The notes: a model not told the origin generated them from the letters alone. DNA of 64,000 nucleotides from Fimbriosthenelais zetlandica (GCA_977030845.1 OZ365114.1:19964001-20028000), one strand, 5' to 3'; shown: positions 1 to 14,339, numbered from the stretch's first letter. A program made the numbers and translations.

Positions 1-3000
1 TTTTTTCTAATAACACATCCTGTTACCCTACTCAGCACTTGGCCGGAAATTCTGAAAAGAATATTAACAGGATTGGTCATACATGTATGTAGTTCTAATT
101 GACATCATTTAGCAGGCAAAGATGAAAGTCTATTTAACTTGACATGAGAAAGAGCTGGCCCTTTCTGCCAAAAAAGAAGCCGTGGGAACTCCCGAGTGGA
201 AATAATTTTCCATTAGAATCCTAGTTGTTACAGCCCCATTTGGGGTTAGGTTGACCCCTTTCACTAAACCCTAAATACACATCATACGTGGACCACACCT
301 GCATATTTCTATATATCACATTGACCCCAAGGCAGGCCATGGCTACATTTAAATGCACTTTGACCTTCCTTCACCCAGGAAATGCACAGATAGACCTCAG
401 ACCCAAATCCTATTATAAAATATTGGTATCCACACATAATTGTGAAATTGGCAGAAAATGGCAGGTAAAACTCAGTGAACTGGTCATTATCATTTCCTTT
501 TACAACGGCATAAGCTCTTTTTGACACTTGAATGCCCCGCGGATCTCATGTACCGTGGTTTTGTACTGATCCGTGCGTCTAAGACCATGCGGGTCGTACC
601 AGGTAATTTCATTTCCTAATCACTTTTGGTAAACAGAAAGTGTATTGTCAGAAACACTAAGACTGAATGGATCAAAGAGTAGAGGCCAGAGTCTTTGAAA
701 CGACGAACAAGGTCCATTTCGACTTGGCCTAAGGCAATGTCACCACAAAAATGTTTAAAGTCTATAGTGAGTATTATAAGCCTTGAAATATATTTCACTC
801 AAAATAAATATTACAGGCGATAATATTGTTTAAAAAATACTAATTAAGTAGGCTACTTCTGCCAAGATGCTTTTTTTCCTGACCATAAATTCCTAAAATA
901 ATTCACTGGATATGTATGCAGTGCTTAGATAATTAGTCATTCCGAAATCCTGCATCCCTGCCCCTCCCCATATATAGGCCTACTTGCAATGGATATATGG
1001 GGCATGAAAGGAATTCATTTGAGTATTTCTTGAACGGAATTTATAATTGAAATGGAAGTTTAAATTTAGCATGGATGACGAGATATCCCTGACATTCTGT
1101 GTAATAATTAAACTCATGTGGCACTATAATATAGCAGTGCTGTTCTCGATGCCATAAAACTGGACATAGAATATTTAATGTGAGTCAACTAATAATATGG
1201 GCCAAAAGGTCGATAAACAATAATGGATCAACCCAGCTGTCGGTCCACTGAGATTTTTTATATGTACAAGTTTTCTCACATGCTCACATTTTAAACCGCA
1301 CTACACCACATGACTATTGACATTTCATCCACTCAGACTATTTATAATATAAGTCCAGTTATTGCAGGTATTTGTTTCAATCAAAATATAGTTTGTTATG
1401 CACCTTTACAAACCATAGACATTCTCTGACAGGGGAACAGTATTTCATCGTGTCTGAATTATCTTTGCTTGTTCCCATGGATTCTGTTGAATTAATGCCA
1501 CACTCATTGATATCTATAATCTTTGGGGCCGGTGGGAGTGGTAATCTCACAATTGATCAAATTATTGCCCCTCTCAAATAACCCAGGAGGTTAAATCTCC
1601 ATATCTTCCATAGCCCATTACCCTCCCCCTGTTGGCCATAACCCCATGATGGGTCTGTGCATCATGCATTATCCCATGGGATCCTATCCCAGAAGTTCTT
1701 GAATTGCTCCATGGATTATAGATAATCTTATCTGTTACAATACATGTATATAATAACATTGTACATGCCCTGGATAATCCAAGCACAATGATTGTTAAAG
1801 GCTATACTCACCTTCGTCTGAGTAACATGGTTGTGGAGTGTGGACAGTACTGTGGTGTATAGAGTATGGAAGGACAGGTCTCTTCATGCCTCACTCTGCC
1901 AGTCACGGTGCTGGATCCAATGTGTCCAACTCGGATGTTGTGTTTCCGAGTTTGTTGCCTTTTCCCACCCACCTCTCCCACGCATAACCAATAGAACCAT
2001 ATTATAATATCTCTCCCCTCGATCTCTGCCTTCTCTCCTCCCCATGGGCGGCTATAGCCAGCTCATACTTTTATTACTATTACTCATATTGAGAGCATCG
2101 CCTGGGGTCAGCATATATACAGATGCCATGAGGTCAAGTGACGGGTCAGGCAGATCATGCAGGGAGCAGTATATCGTCTAATCTGTCACATATAGATCTA
2201 TAAGGTTATACTTTATATCATCTGTCAGCTAGCTGTCATTCGCAATTTTTTAAGCGCATTACCATGTGTTATAATGTTCCATCATACAGATTGAAAATAG
2301 ATATGGGGTATAGTTGGCTATAATTCCTGGATCCTCTTAATTTACAAAAAAACAACTTACAATAGTGCTTGACTTTGATCGATGGTAGACATGGTTGTAT
2401 AGAATTTGTCAGTCTATTTTGGTCAGTCTAATTTGACACTCTAACTGGTCATTGGACTCCTAAGTTCTAGGCTACTGGCATTAGGATATAGCCAGCATGT
2501 CTGAAGAATTGACTTACAGGTCAAGAAATATGAAGCAATGCTTACACCGTATGTGAAGACGAAGTATACTGATTGATGATGAAGCGCGGTAGAGCTTGGA
2601 ATCTTGAGGGTTTTCCACCAATTTTGTGATGTATGTGGGTAACAGAATACGATGATTCCAAAGTGTAGTATATTGTAGTTTAATGTAGCTCTAATGATGT
2701 GTACAGTATGGTGTATAATGGTAGAGTGAGGATGAAGATGAGATGATGAAGAACTAGATACTGAGACTGAGATAAAACTGAGATGAAACTGACATACCTG
2801 ACAGAGGTGTACAGGACCTTATATTGCTCTGGTGATAGAGGGGGAGCATGACATCCCAACCCCTATCACTTACAATAGGTAATATAAACAATGATATGAT
2901 GCTAATCCCCCATGCTAGCTGGCTTCAGGTGTGTGGATTATCACCAGCTTGGCATGTCTGTGAAGCAGGGAAGACATACCTTGATTATTATTATATAAAC

Positions 3001-5090
3001 ATAGAGTGGGCAAGCTAGGAAAACATAGACAGGTAGATTAATAAACATTACTGAATATGGCGACATGGATTATGATTAAAGAAGACATAGTAATATTATA
3101 ACAAGCTACAATGAGATAATTATTAAACCTAGAGTAATGGCAAAGGATGATATAAACTTTGACACTGATCTGTGACAGCAGTACGGCCTGTTTTTTTCCC
3201 TGGGTGGATAAATTGGCAAAATGATTTTGTTCCTAAGTGTAAATTCCTGGATCCTGACATTTCCAGTTATGCGAACGGGAACACATGGACTTTTTTCGGG
3301 CGGATTCCATTAATACATTTATATACACTTCCTCCCAAATCATGGGCATTCCCCTAAAGCACTAATTCCTGGTGCATCAGGTGCATGAGTCCATATATAG
3401 GCACGAAATTATCAAGGCATGGAGTTAAAGTCAATGTCTTATCCAACATTGTCAACATAGCAAAGTATTTACACCTACCCTACACTATTTGCCCTCATGA
3501 GAATATCAACAATTATATAGGTGACTCTTGGGCCGACCCTTCACATTGTAGGGTTTAGACCCATTAACCCCAATACGACCCCCATGGATCTCCTTCCTGA
3601 GATTCCTAAGTATTCATGGTTATGAATTATCCACATGCAATGTTTCATTTAGTCAGACAGCAACTAGATTATTCTGCCACTTTTGATTAGCATCTAAATG
3701 CATTAAATTGGCTTGTCATCCAGATACCCCCACGTTCACGCCCCCACTTAGTCTCTATTCCGGGTATATTATAGTACATAGGACAAATTTTGAACTTAGA
3801 CTAGGTTACTTTAAAGGCATAGTTTACTCCATTTGACCTTGTTTGATCTTGAAGACTTTGATTCAAAAACTTTTAAAAACAAGATCTTTGATAAAGTTTA
3901 ATATATCAAAAAAAAGAGGAAATGTTAAGTAGTAGAGTTGGGAGGGATCATAAGTTAGTGACAGTTTTTAATCTCTGTCTGTCAGGCTTTCTTCATGCTT
4001 GGCTGGATAAACCAAAAGGAAAGCATCAACCATATATTCATGTCTTGGAATAATATAATGATATGTTCCCAGTGGGGCGTTCACTGTATCATGCTTGACT
4101 GGAATGAAAAGGGACTACATTTTAATTAAATAAAAATGACGTAATGAGTTAATACTATCTTGTCAAATCTCATCTTATCAGCATCAACAAATTTCATGCG
4201 TCTTTAACAGCCTTAATATTTGTGGCATATATAGCACCCACACCCCACCCACCTTTGTTGCTTATCAGTCTAGTACATGTAAAACATACCAATACAATAG
4301 GACCAGCCCATGACAGTAAATATATGAGTTGTGGAAAAACACGCAGGTCAAAGTCAGGTTAACCCGGCGCCACCTGTGGTTAGAAAAAATAGAGCGGGTG
4401 GATTGGGAAGGCCAGGAAGGTGAGAGGGGCAGCACACGTGAGGTGAATTAAGTAGTTTTGACAATAAAAACAGGAGGAAAAAGGTTATAGTGGGTGTCAC
4501 TGGAGAGCTGTAGTGGTTGTAACTACATATTGTCAGGGTCGGACTACTTTTTACCACGTATTTATCTCGTTTTAAGTCATGTCGAAGAGTTTTGGGTTGG
4601 AGTTGTGAAAATCAAGAACTTTTGGTCAATTTTAAACTTACATAACATTTAGCCCATATCCACGTGAGGGATTTTAGCCCAGTATTTGTAATTTACCAAT
4701 CTGAGTGTCAGTTTCAAATTTAGTGAAATCCATTTTGGGAAAATTGTTTTAATTGGCTCGCTTGTTAACTCTGCCAAATAGCCTGAAATAGTTTGGCAAG
4801 GGACGGGGGCCTTAGGACATCAAATTGTATACTAGTGGAGCAAATGCCTTAAGATAAAACCTTTTTTAAGGACATGTCACTTGAAATATTAATAGCAATG
4901 TGCCATTATGTGTATTAAAAGATAATTTGCTTAGCATAAAATATGACCACCCTATACCTATATCATGACCGAGGCAGCGAACCCTGAAAATGTATGAATC
5001 AATCAACTCCAATGTTTAAATTGTAAGTTGTACATGTATAGACATTTTGTCAACTTAATTATAGAATTCTGTGGTACCCGAGCTCATTAA

Positions 5091-5330
5091 TCATAATATT
5101 TCACGATTTATGTGAATGTTGATAGTCTTCCGTGGATAGTCTCTTTCATCTTGAATGATCATGTCATTCCAAGAGAATTGCCTGTCTAGACTCGGCATGA
5201 CAACCCCTAACTCGGCGAGTTGTTCATGATAAACACTTTTTCCACTTTTTCCTGTCTGACAACCATGGCGCAATTGTGTCACATAGCATCCTATACACAG
5301 ATAATGTGCATCATCCTTTCGGTCCATATG
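5091..5330 (-). mobile_element. Decayed GIY-YIG endonuclease C-terminus of a Penelope-like element
   Basis: CYVTQL...GKSVYHEQ...RQFSWNDMIIQDERDYPRKTINIHINRE resembles the PLE pattern YIGqT...kSavaeH...H.fdW..v.Il..e....R...E.i.I...iNr. Confidence 0.5.
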
Positions 5331-6589
5331 GTGGAATATATCAATTGAGGAAGCAATTTCCAGTCTTGATTTACTGATTCAATAATGCAGGACAAGCACA
5401 ATGGCAGCATTAATGATGCAATATGTCAGAGTCAACCATGGCGTTATATAATATTACATATCTCTAGATCATTTGCTCCAGCTGCAGATAGAATCTAGAA
5501 TTTGACTATTATGTACTGACATGATATTAGAATTTAATTGTATACATTTTCAAGACATGTATTTAGGTGAAGGTGGTGAATCCAGTGTACATTTCCGCCC
5601 TCTGGTGTTCAGAAATATCCCTGCTTCACCATCCACTCCCCCAGCTACAGGTCGTGATATTTATTCCTAGAAGGTGGAGCCACAGATACTCACTGGAACT
5701 TGTGTTCCTACATGGTTCCCTCTAAACTCTTGGAGCGTGAGGCAGAAAACAAACTGATTGTCCTCTTCCAATTGGCGATATCTAGATTATGTTGCCTTAT
5801 GCTAGTCCCATTGTGGAAATTCCTCCTACTTTGAGGTGGCTGAATTATTTGAATTATTTTCCTTTCACAATGGAGTAATATGCCAGTACATTGTCCATTA
5901 ATTAAATCCATGCTGGCTCCACAAATATTCCTCTGTATTGACACTAATATTTGCAATGCTGATTCTCAATCTCAGGCAATATTTGCGTTTAACCATGGAT
6001 CCATGTGGGGTTGGTCATGCATTTTAAGATAGCAGGCATCTCTACATTGTTATCTCAGTCATGTATAGTTGATGTACATTATTGTCTGTGGTGTGATGTT
6101 CAACAGCAGCCCAAACTGACAATTATTTGATGTCTATACCCTCTTCCTAAACATCCTTAGGTCAGAAAGTCAATTGCTGTATAGTAAGAACAGAATTTGC
6201 CAGTGCTTGCAGCTCTCAAATTTTCCATTCATTCTGGGCTAAACACCCGCATTCATTATCAAACGGGAACTCCATACTCATGGGTGCGAGCTGGACACGT
6301 GGCTAAACAGACTGGCCCTCGAGGAAATAGATGAGATTTTGTGGGAACCAGTTGGAACAGGCAACAAGGTACCATAAGGTTCAGGGATTTAACTGAAAGC
6401 AGAACGGGTGAAATATGATAGTACTCGAGGTCACTCTGGTTGGGCCTGGTTTGCCCGAGGAGGTCAACCTCAAACGTATGAGGATCAGGTCAAAATCTCC
6501 AGTATGCTACCCTGAAAATATTGGGCCAACCGACCAGTGCTGAGAGAGAATTATTTGTCTAAAGTATACTAGGCTCTAATTTTCATCAT

Positions 6590-6790
6590 AAAATTTAAGT
6601 GAAGGAACCTGATTTAAGGCACCACAGCATTAAGTATCTCACTGTCTTAATGATTGAGCATCACTTGAGAGAGGCTCTATATACGAGATTTAGTGAGGCA
6701 AGCCAGGGTGAAAATGATGGTCTTAATGGTGGAAATGAAGGGGATATACCTTACCCTGCTTATAGGGGTTTTCAATGGAGGGAGATAGTG
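6590..6790 (-). mobile_element. Possible Penelope-like RT thumb remnant
   Basis: LNLVYRASLK*CS...CLKSGSF resembles the PLE motif tLv.RA.kiCS...l.kNGyp; stops present. Confidence 0.33.
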
Positions 6791-6999
6791 GCCTGAGCGT
6801 CAGCTTAGTGTCCATTATATGGACTGGCTCATCAGGAGGGTCTACACGAGGGGCTCAGCACACAGACAGACAGGCCGGTCAATATTGAAAAGGAAAAAAA
6901 AATCTTGGTGATTACGATCGGAGCTGAAAAACATGTTGCAACCGACTGACCAATTAGGAAAGTCTAGGTTAAAAAGAACCATCCCGTCTGCACATTCTT

Positions 7000-7330
7000 T
7001 TTTGAAATGCCGAAATTAGCTTGATGCCATGGATATTGAAATTTCTTTATTTGAGAATACAGTATTGAAACTCATTCAGGTCTAAAATTAAATTGGGATC
7101 ATGTCGGATCACATTGGATAATTTGGTCTTGGAAACGTGTACAAAATGTGGACAATTGTTTAACTTGGCTTTCACAAATTTCATGAGGGAAGTGCTTTAA
7201 AAATAATCCACATATTTTTATATTGATAATACATACAAGAAACTAAACAACTGAAGTAAGCATCTTGATATCAATTTCTTCTATCTCATATGTCTGAAAA
7301 ATATTCATGGGGAACATAATTAAGTCCTAA
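7000..7330 (+). mobile_element. Decayed L1/Tx1-type LINE reverse transcriptase fragment
   Basis: GAAATTAGCTTGATGCCATGGATATT (7012-7036) can be restored to EISL(Y)ADD with frameshifts; SGLKLNW...WI follows at 7076. Confidence 0.5.
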
Positions 7331-8699
7331 TCACAATGCTGAACCAACCCTAAAGTCATTTTGATTTCTTTTTCCTTAAGCCGTATCGAAATTTGACTTC
7401 AGGGCACCAGTGAATTTGAAACGGGATCGGAGCAGATAAAAATAGCCCTTGGTCTAATTAATTGTCTGCTTTCATTTCGATCATAGCGTAGAACTTGTAT
7501 TTTTAATCTGAAGATAATCATTCAAGGAGAGTCGCAGTGCAGTTGAAGTCTTAATTCATTCATTGTATCTTAAGGCCATGCACATAAGCTGTGAAAAGCC
7601 AGATGCCTTCCTCAAGGGAAGCCATTTACATTGGCCTACTTGGGAACTGCATACCAATGCCACATGTGACTTTTGGCCATTCTGGATTGTTCAACCGGGG
7701 CTGACCACCCCTAGATTATAAGACTAATTCAATCAAAAGTAACTTGGTGGCCGGGCTTGGTAGTAAATTCTTTACTGGACAGTTGTGTCGACGATCAGAA
7801 TTAAGAGTTGTTTTTTTCTTGGTATTTGTGCGTCATTAGTGCCTTGACAAGGGCTGTGCATTTTTATTCTAATTGTTTCTTCCTTTGGAAGACGTGGCCT
7901 TGATTTGGAAATTGGATTTGGACCTGCTCAGACCTCTCAGTACATTCATTTCCTGCTCCCCTTTCTGAACTATGATCGAGAGACAATACAGTGTAGTCTA
8001 GTTAAAATGACTCAATTAATACATGGAAGATTATCATAACTTGGCTATTGATGCGAAGTTCTAATCACTTGGACCTCTACATACATGTACCATGTATCTA
8101 TTTATGTCCCAAAGATATCACATTTTGAAGGTCCGTTCTACATTGATTTACCAGTAATTGGTCGTCACGTCATCAGACTTTTGATTGTTTTCCCGGTCTA
8201 TTTCTCAATAGACCTCCACAATCCTGATGGAGATAAGGTGTGACGAATTTTCCATTGCATGACAGGTGCATGAAAGCTGGGGTCATATGTTAATGGAATA
8301 GGAAGGCCAGGAGCGGGCAGGTGCGACTCCTGCCTGACTGACTATCCATAAGGTTTCTCCTTGGGGGACAATTGTATTTGTTGAGTCACACACCTCGAAG
8401 GTAGCTAATTGCCCCTCTATTATAATGGACTTGGGCTTTTGAATGTTCAATTGGTATTGAGGGCTTCATTCCAAGTGTCTTATGCAATCCTATGTCGAAC
8501 ACATTTGGTTAACTCTATTTTAAGCCTCTTCATTCACTTGATTAGATATTTGCTCAGATTTTTATAACACATATTTCGCTTGGCCATACCTTCAATCAAT
8601 CATGAGAATTATGGTCCTGGGCCCTTGTATATATACAGTGAAGTCCACAGGCTCTCCTCCTCTCCCCCAAGGAGATTTGATTGCCTCCCTTCTCTGCAC

Positions 8700-9150
8700 T
8701 TGGTTCTATGAATACAGACACCACCTCTGCTGATCTACTGCCGTGAGACTTCACTCATGTCCCAGGGACATGCTGGAGATGTCCGCAGGAATCTTATGCA
8801 ATTGACCCATTGGCTCCCCTCCACGGGTGAGATAATGAATGAGGAAGTGTGCATGGAGGTCTGCTTTCTCATTTTGTGTCACAGTAAGAGTACTCTTCCA
8901 CTCTTGCGGGCGTTTTAGGAGTCTTATTTCATGGATTACATGAGCTTAATATACCAGTTCCCTGCTGGAAGACTGTAAATACATCCCGTTTCGATACATT
9001 TTTTGTGATCCCATTATATGTTTGGGGCTGATTCCCCATCTGGACCTCACACTGCCGACTCTATACATAATATTTCATTACCAAGTTGTCCTATCTGCTC
9101 CCTATTGCACTTTGGATGAAACCTCGCTATGTTCCGGTAGATGGTTTTTA
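8700..9150 (-). mobile_element. Possible RTE-type LINE RT remnant
   Basis: KTIYRN...CIESAV*GPDGESAP loosely resembles lY.....i.sGVrQGd.LaP; heavily decayed. Confidence 0.3.
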
Positions 9151-11880
9151 TTCGTTTTACATTGCTACCACATGGAACTTAGGAGCAGTAAGCAGAAAAT
9201 CATACGTCAGTTTCTGCTAAAAGTGGATGTTTGGAAAAAAATGATTCATTGGAGTTCTGGCTTTTTTACTCTTGTTTTTTAAACTAAATAGGTTATGTAG
9301 TACATGTATTTTCAAGTGGAATTTTCATTCCTGATCGAAGCAACAGTTTGGAGGACTTGGTCCACAAAAAAGTACATGAGCCAATGCTTTGTCTATGGGC
9401 TAATGTAGAACATCTTTGCCAAGCAATGGGGCCCTGATCAGCTTGCGGGTATCAATGTTTTCTTGTAAGAGGAGTGTCCTGGAAGTAGACAGTATTATTT
9501 TCAGGTCCAGGGTTTGATGAGTAATGACTTGTCAGTGACATGTGAAGAGAACTAATCACCATGCTCCTTGCTGCCCCTGTTGAAATAACTCACCAAAACT
9601 CAGAAATCAAACACCGAACAACTCCTCAAGAAACATAATTAATTTGCACAAGTTCTACCAAGCATAATTCCCCAGGCAACTTGTACCAACTAAAAAGTGA
9701 AGAGAATTGTGTGCGCGTAGTCACAATATGACTTTCATGGTGTTAGTTGCCATGGATAATGGTAAAGTGTCATTATTTTTATCATAGATCTGAACGTAAT
9801 ATAAACCCCGTTTCGCAGGATTTCGGGGATTACAAACATAATATTATAAACTGTTTCACATGGTCCTTTTAACTTTGGGGAGATGACCTGTACTTAATGG
9901 CTTTGAGGCATAATTCGTTTACTCTGGAATTTCCTGGAAAGTAATTACTCGGGAAATAAGTCTTGAAGGAAGTGTTTTTATTGCTTGGAATGAGGATTTA
10001 ACTGGTAGCAGGTACTGGGCAGTGTTTACTCCACTGGAGGAGGAATCATATGATTGCCTCGAGTTCCGGCATCGTGTACATAGCGACCGGCGCAGTGCTT
10101 ACCAGTATATACCCAGACACAGGTGATAATATAGACTGTCTAGTCCTCACCCTCTTCATAATAAGCATACATGGAATTCAATAGAGCGATTTATGAGCTC
10201 TATATCAATGAAACTTGTGCCTCATATATAGATATTCTCTGATCTATGAGCCGAAATTCCACGCTCAGCCTCATTCATACTAGCTGATGTAAAAGGCACA
10301 GCTGGGCAGTATGGATTATGGAGGTCATCACTTTTTTGTCCGATAGATAAAAAACACAGATTCTTCATATGAATTAGGAGGCTAATCTGCATGTTTATAT
10401 GAGAGGGTGTTGGGTTAGCTATAAAAAGGTTAAGGTTTGGTGTTTCTTTAGTTGCCAAACAGATATCAGTTGTGCTTGGCAATGGAGGAGAGGGAGGGAG
10501 AGAGAAGAGGGGGTAGCAGCAGCATCAGCAGCAAGCAGCCTGGCATGTGGCACATTGGAAAGGGTGAATCAGCATCAGGAAAGGGGGATGGATAGATAGC
10601 AGCCAACAGCGTGGTTTGGGACGCTGCAGTCACGACCTGTGCATCAACAACTATCGCAATCACAGTCATGAGAAGTGGTGTGTGTACATCAGCATACACA
10701 CCAGAGTTGATATCGCAAAACCAAATAACATTCCTCTCATAGTTGGATACCTTCTGCCTCAACTAGTGGGGCTCCCTCAGTTCTCTATATCATCTGGGAG
10801 ATCGGTTGGGGGCAGACGGTATACACACAAGAAGCAAGCTCAACAGCTTATTCTTTGTATCCACAGAATAGCTGAGAGGATCAAGAAGAAGATAGCTGAA
10901 CACTGGGCCATGCAAAGCAGAGACCTTACCTCCCTCCTCTTGTCTTATTGAATGAAGCAGTAGTGAAAGAGGACAGAGGAGAAGGGGTTAAAGTAGAGAA
11001 TAAACACAGCCAGGAGGCTGCTGCTTGGTGTGGGTCTTGCCTGTTGGCAGCATTGTCTCCTGCCATGAGTGGTGGATCTTCTCCCTTGCTGGTCCCTGGA
11101 GACTTGGGACGCTAAAGCTTTCACAAGGAGCCGCACAAGCTTCCCTGACAACAAGTGGCCCAAGGCATTGTGTGTCTCTATTGGATTTCATTAGAGGAAT
11201 GTGATCTCTCCTCACACTGCATACTAACAGGGACCTACTTATATCTTTGTACACACAACCTCACCAACCATATCTGCATTTCAGATGTGGCTGTTATCGC
11301 AGAAGAATAATTAAATCAGCTAGCTTAGGCAGAAACCGTAACTACTTGAATTGCCCGGCATTCCATTGCCGGGCTCTGATGTTTCCTCATTTGGATTCCC
11401 TGACTCGCGTCATTAAATCATGAATGAAAATGTAAAGGAAACTAATTCTGCCTAACAACATTCCACAAACGTTATTTGCCGATTAATAATTTTTGTAATC
11501 GCCCCTGAAAAAATCTGCAGCTGGTTTCTGACATTAGTGGACCAAACAAAACTTTCTTTTTTACACTCATCAATCACCTGGCTGGTGAATAACCAAGTGT
11601 CTGCCAAATGTTTCAACTTAATTGGTGTGTACACAACTGAGTAACTTGAAAACTGGAAGTCCAGAGAGTATATAGGATTCTTCATTACCACCTTGGTTTA
11701 CTCCAGCAGTTGTTGGCTGGAGTAGGAATAGAAGAAGGAGGTGGAGCAAGTATATAGATGGGTTCTATAGCCATATGGGCCTTAGTGCAGCAGGAAGGGC
11801 TTGCTTGCCACTAGTGGTACCACATGCAGGGGAGGCTAAAGCCAGAAACCTCCAGTGGAGCACGTACCAACTGAGAGAGT

Positions 11881-11910
11881 GAAGAAGAGGAGGAGGAGGA
11901 GGAGGAAGAG
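11881..11910. repeat. (GAA/GAG)n microsatellite
   Basis: (GAA)2(GAG)6GAAGAG. Confidence 0.9.
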
Positions 11911-12059
11911 TTCAGCACAGAAAGCTAAGTTCCAGTCCATGCCAAAACCAGTGGAGGTAGGTACCCTTCCCGTGCCGCTACCAATACTCGTTGTTCTCTA
12001 TGCTCTGGTATATAGAGCTTGGCCATAACTCTAGGAAGCCAGTCCAGGATGTATCTGAA

Positions 12060-12910
12060 GCCACATGTCCTAATTCTTCCTTAGAGCCAAAACAATTCCA
12101 TGCATGTAGCCAAGGCCAATAATAGCCACATATTATACAGAAATATACTGAACAGTCTCTTCAAACAAATGGTGAACTGCATGGTAAACAACTGATGAGA
12201 GATCGGTTGTTCTTCTCTTGACATAATTGCTAACGCTGGCAAGAGAAAGCTTAGTGGGTGTAATTAGAAAGTACTGTCAGTATCGGAGCTCTGAGTTAAA
12301 TTAATCTTTTAATCACCGGCTAAGCATTTTATGGTGTCTGAGTATACAGATCCCCACTTACACATATCTCAGGAGACATCATGTGATCTCTTTTTCTGAC
12401 ATAAGCTCATTTAGAATGGTGTGGAATGTTGTCAGGAATGTCGGCCAATGTAGTTAAGCGATGTGTTAATTTGATTACGCATTGTGATATCAAATCTACA
12501 GCTTCTCTCATTACTATTTATTGCAAGAAAGTCAATTACTGTATATCCACTCAAAACATACTCTGGGGTCTGTTTTCAAAACATTTCATAACAAATAGTA
12601 TCTGATGTGGCTGGAAATGTTTTGACTGAAAAAACTAAAGCTTTAGGGTTCGTACAATCGCAGTGCTCTATTAGTACAGCAGGACACATTAATTGTTCAC
12701 TAATATTTGGTGGATTATTGACTTGAATCGTATCTATAATGAGAAGATCGTGCTATAGGTAAGACTTGATGGTTACCCTGTATATCCTAAGTGAACTTTA
12801 CAGCTGATGTTAACCCTCTACTCCTCAAGTGTTTCAGTTACAAGAACTGATAAACCTTCCTCAATACCTACTCCTATCACCCCGAGTATGCCTTACACAT
12901 GTGACTTGTG
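12060..12910 (+). mobile_element. Decayed Penelope-like reverse transcriptase
   Basis: Ordered motif fragments: P...LP*S (LPKiHK), PRPII (RPIvs), NGVECCQECRPM (FnG..Y.Q..G.PMG), YL..SYHP near 12866-12885. Confidence 0.45.
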
Positions 12911-13442
12911 ATTGGCAACTTCGAGGGGCCTGTAAATAACATCAGGTCCTTGTAAATACTTAAGTTTTACTCTCAAGTTTGTTATAAAATGGGCCTGCCA
13001 CTTGGCAAATGTAGTGTTTCCAACCATAAAGATACATTAGTGCAGTCTGGTAAAGCAATCTTCGTTAGGTTTCTAAGACGGAACATGTCTGCTTTATAAG
13101 CTATCATTCACATATTCAATTTAAGGGACTAGCAGCTGATGCCACTGAATCATGGAAGATGGATCTTAATGGTCAGAGGTTTTGTAAACTAACTACCATT
13201 AGAATATCAACGGTTGCTCAGTCAGGTTCTTGATATGTCTTTCGAACCGGCTGGTCACAACTGGTGTAGACCTGTTCTTGGGTAACATTGATTTGTCCTA
13301 CTGGACTTTTTCCTGTTCAACATAACCCCCAGTCAATTTATACAAGTATGATCAATATAGGTTGTATCTGGAGTGAGGTTTTCCATGCCGCGTGTGTACA
13401 TTCATTCTGTTTATCGAGTTCAAATCTTCTCCAAGGTGTCAA

Positions 13443-13607
13443 CAGGGCCTTGGATTAAATTTGGACGCTTTGGGCGGAAGAGGCTGTTAATTGGTGGAGG
13501 CGTCTGAGAGGAGAGACAGTCTATGTGTACTTCTGGCTCTTCCTTCCATCCTTTACTATGTGTTAATGTTTGCAGTGCACCAAATCTGTTTTCCAGGGTC
13601 GGCCCTG
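13443..13607. mobile_element. Short non-autonomous hAT-type MITE (165 bp)
   Basis: Termini CAGGGCC (13443-13449) and GGCCCTG (13601-13607). The flanking 8-mers GGTGTCAA and ACTGTCAA agree at 6 of 8 positions, consistent with an aged 8-bp target-site duplication. Confidence 0.5.
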
Positions 13608-14339
13608 ACTGTCAAATCCAGACACCACCCTCATTAAGTATTGGAAGCAGAGGGTCAGCAAAGGTCTATGGATGCTGGTCTGTATTCCGTTTATAAACCA
13701 TACATCCCATATGGAATCTGTCATTGCCATATAATTACAGGCTTCACAACCTCAAGCAATTTGACCTGAGCTTACACTCAAATTTCCAGATTTCCAATTT
13801 GGTATATTTTGGGAAAGTTATGGACATAACACTTTCTGGAAAAGAGCCACACTTTGACCTTTTCGCGACCTAACCCACTATTTAAACCAGGTTCACCTGC
13901 AAAATTGGTTTGACGATTTAAAATAAAACACTGAAACATCTAAGGAGAGTAGCAGACCAGCTATAATTTCCATCCTGTCATGCTGTCATTCTGCAGTTCC
14001 TTTGACCTGCAAAGTCTCAGTCAGAAGAGCTATCGAGTCTGTGAATTGTATTGAGAACATGAGGTCTGTGGATGGCTGGAGTCTGTGGTCTAGCCTTTAG
14101 AGCTTCTGATTATTTCTGCAGGTTTAGATCTTTCAGTATGTGAGTGGGGTTCTCTCTATGTTTTGAACCTTTAAAGAAAGGTTTACTGCGAGGTGGATGG
14201 GTGCATCTCAGTCAGTGGCCTTTTCATATAGGTACCCTGGCTGCTATCACAAGCATCACTTTAATAGCCTTGGTATCTGGCTAATGTAGAAAAATGGTGG
14301 GAAGAATTGAAGTAAGTGAAGGTTCTCCACATGATCCTT

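Noticed and set aside
2501-2560. Hammerhead-ribozyme-like core CTGAAGA-TTGAC/GTCAA stem-GAAA
   Set aside because: Extra A before stem II, G at the cleavage position and no stem I pairing; at best a dead relic. An Infernal search would settle it.
6300-6520. DIRS RNase H-like translation (FEVDLLG); similar weak DIRS/Gypsy RT hints at 25800-26150
   Set aside because: Matches are too weak. The 6.3-6.5 kb stretch is equally explained by repeated TGACCT/AGGTCA words typical of non-autonomous Helentron-like repeats.
8270-8340. tRNA gene or tRNA-derived SINE head (GGCAGG-TGCGACT-CCTGCC T-arm, B-box 10/11)
   Set aside because: The A-box is degenerate and too close, with no acceptor or anticodon stems; not a tRNA, and too little to call a SINE
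10616-10951. THAP-like CxxxxC ORF (also the minus-strand ORF at 27795-28013)
   Set aside because: The 10616 frame starts at TTG with no in-frame ATG, and both lack the conserved W and CxxHF motif
13354-13383. FN3-like peptide ENLTPDTTYI on the minus strand
   Set aside because: Ten residues only, with flanking stops and no splice sites; compatible with chance
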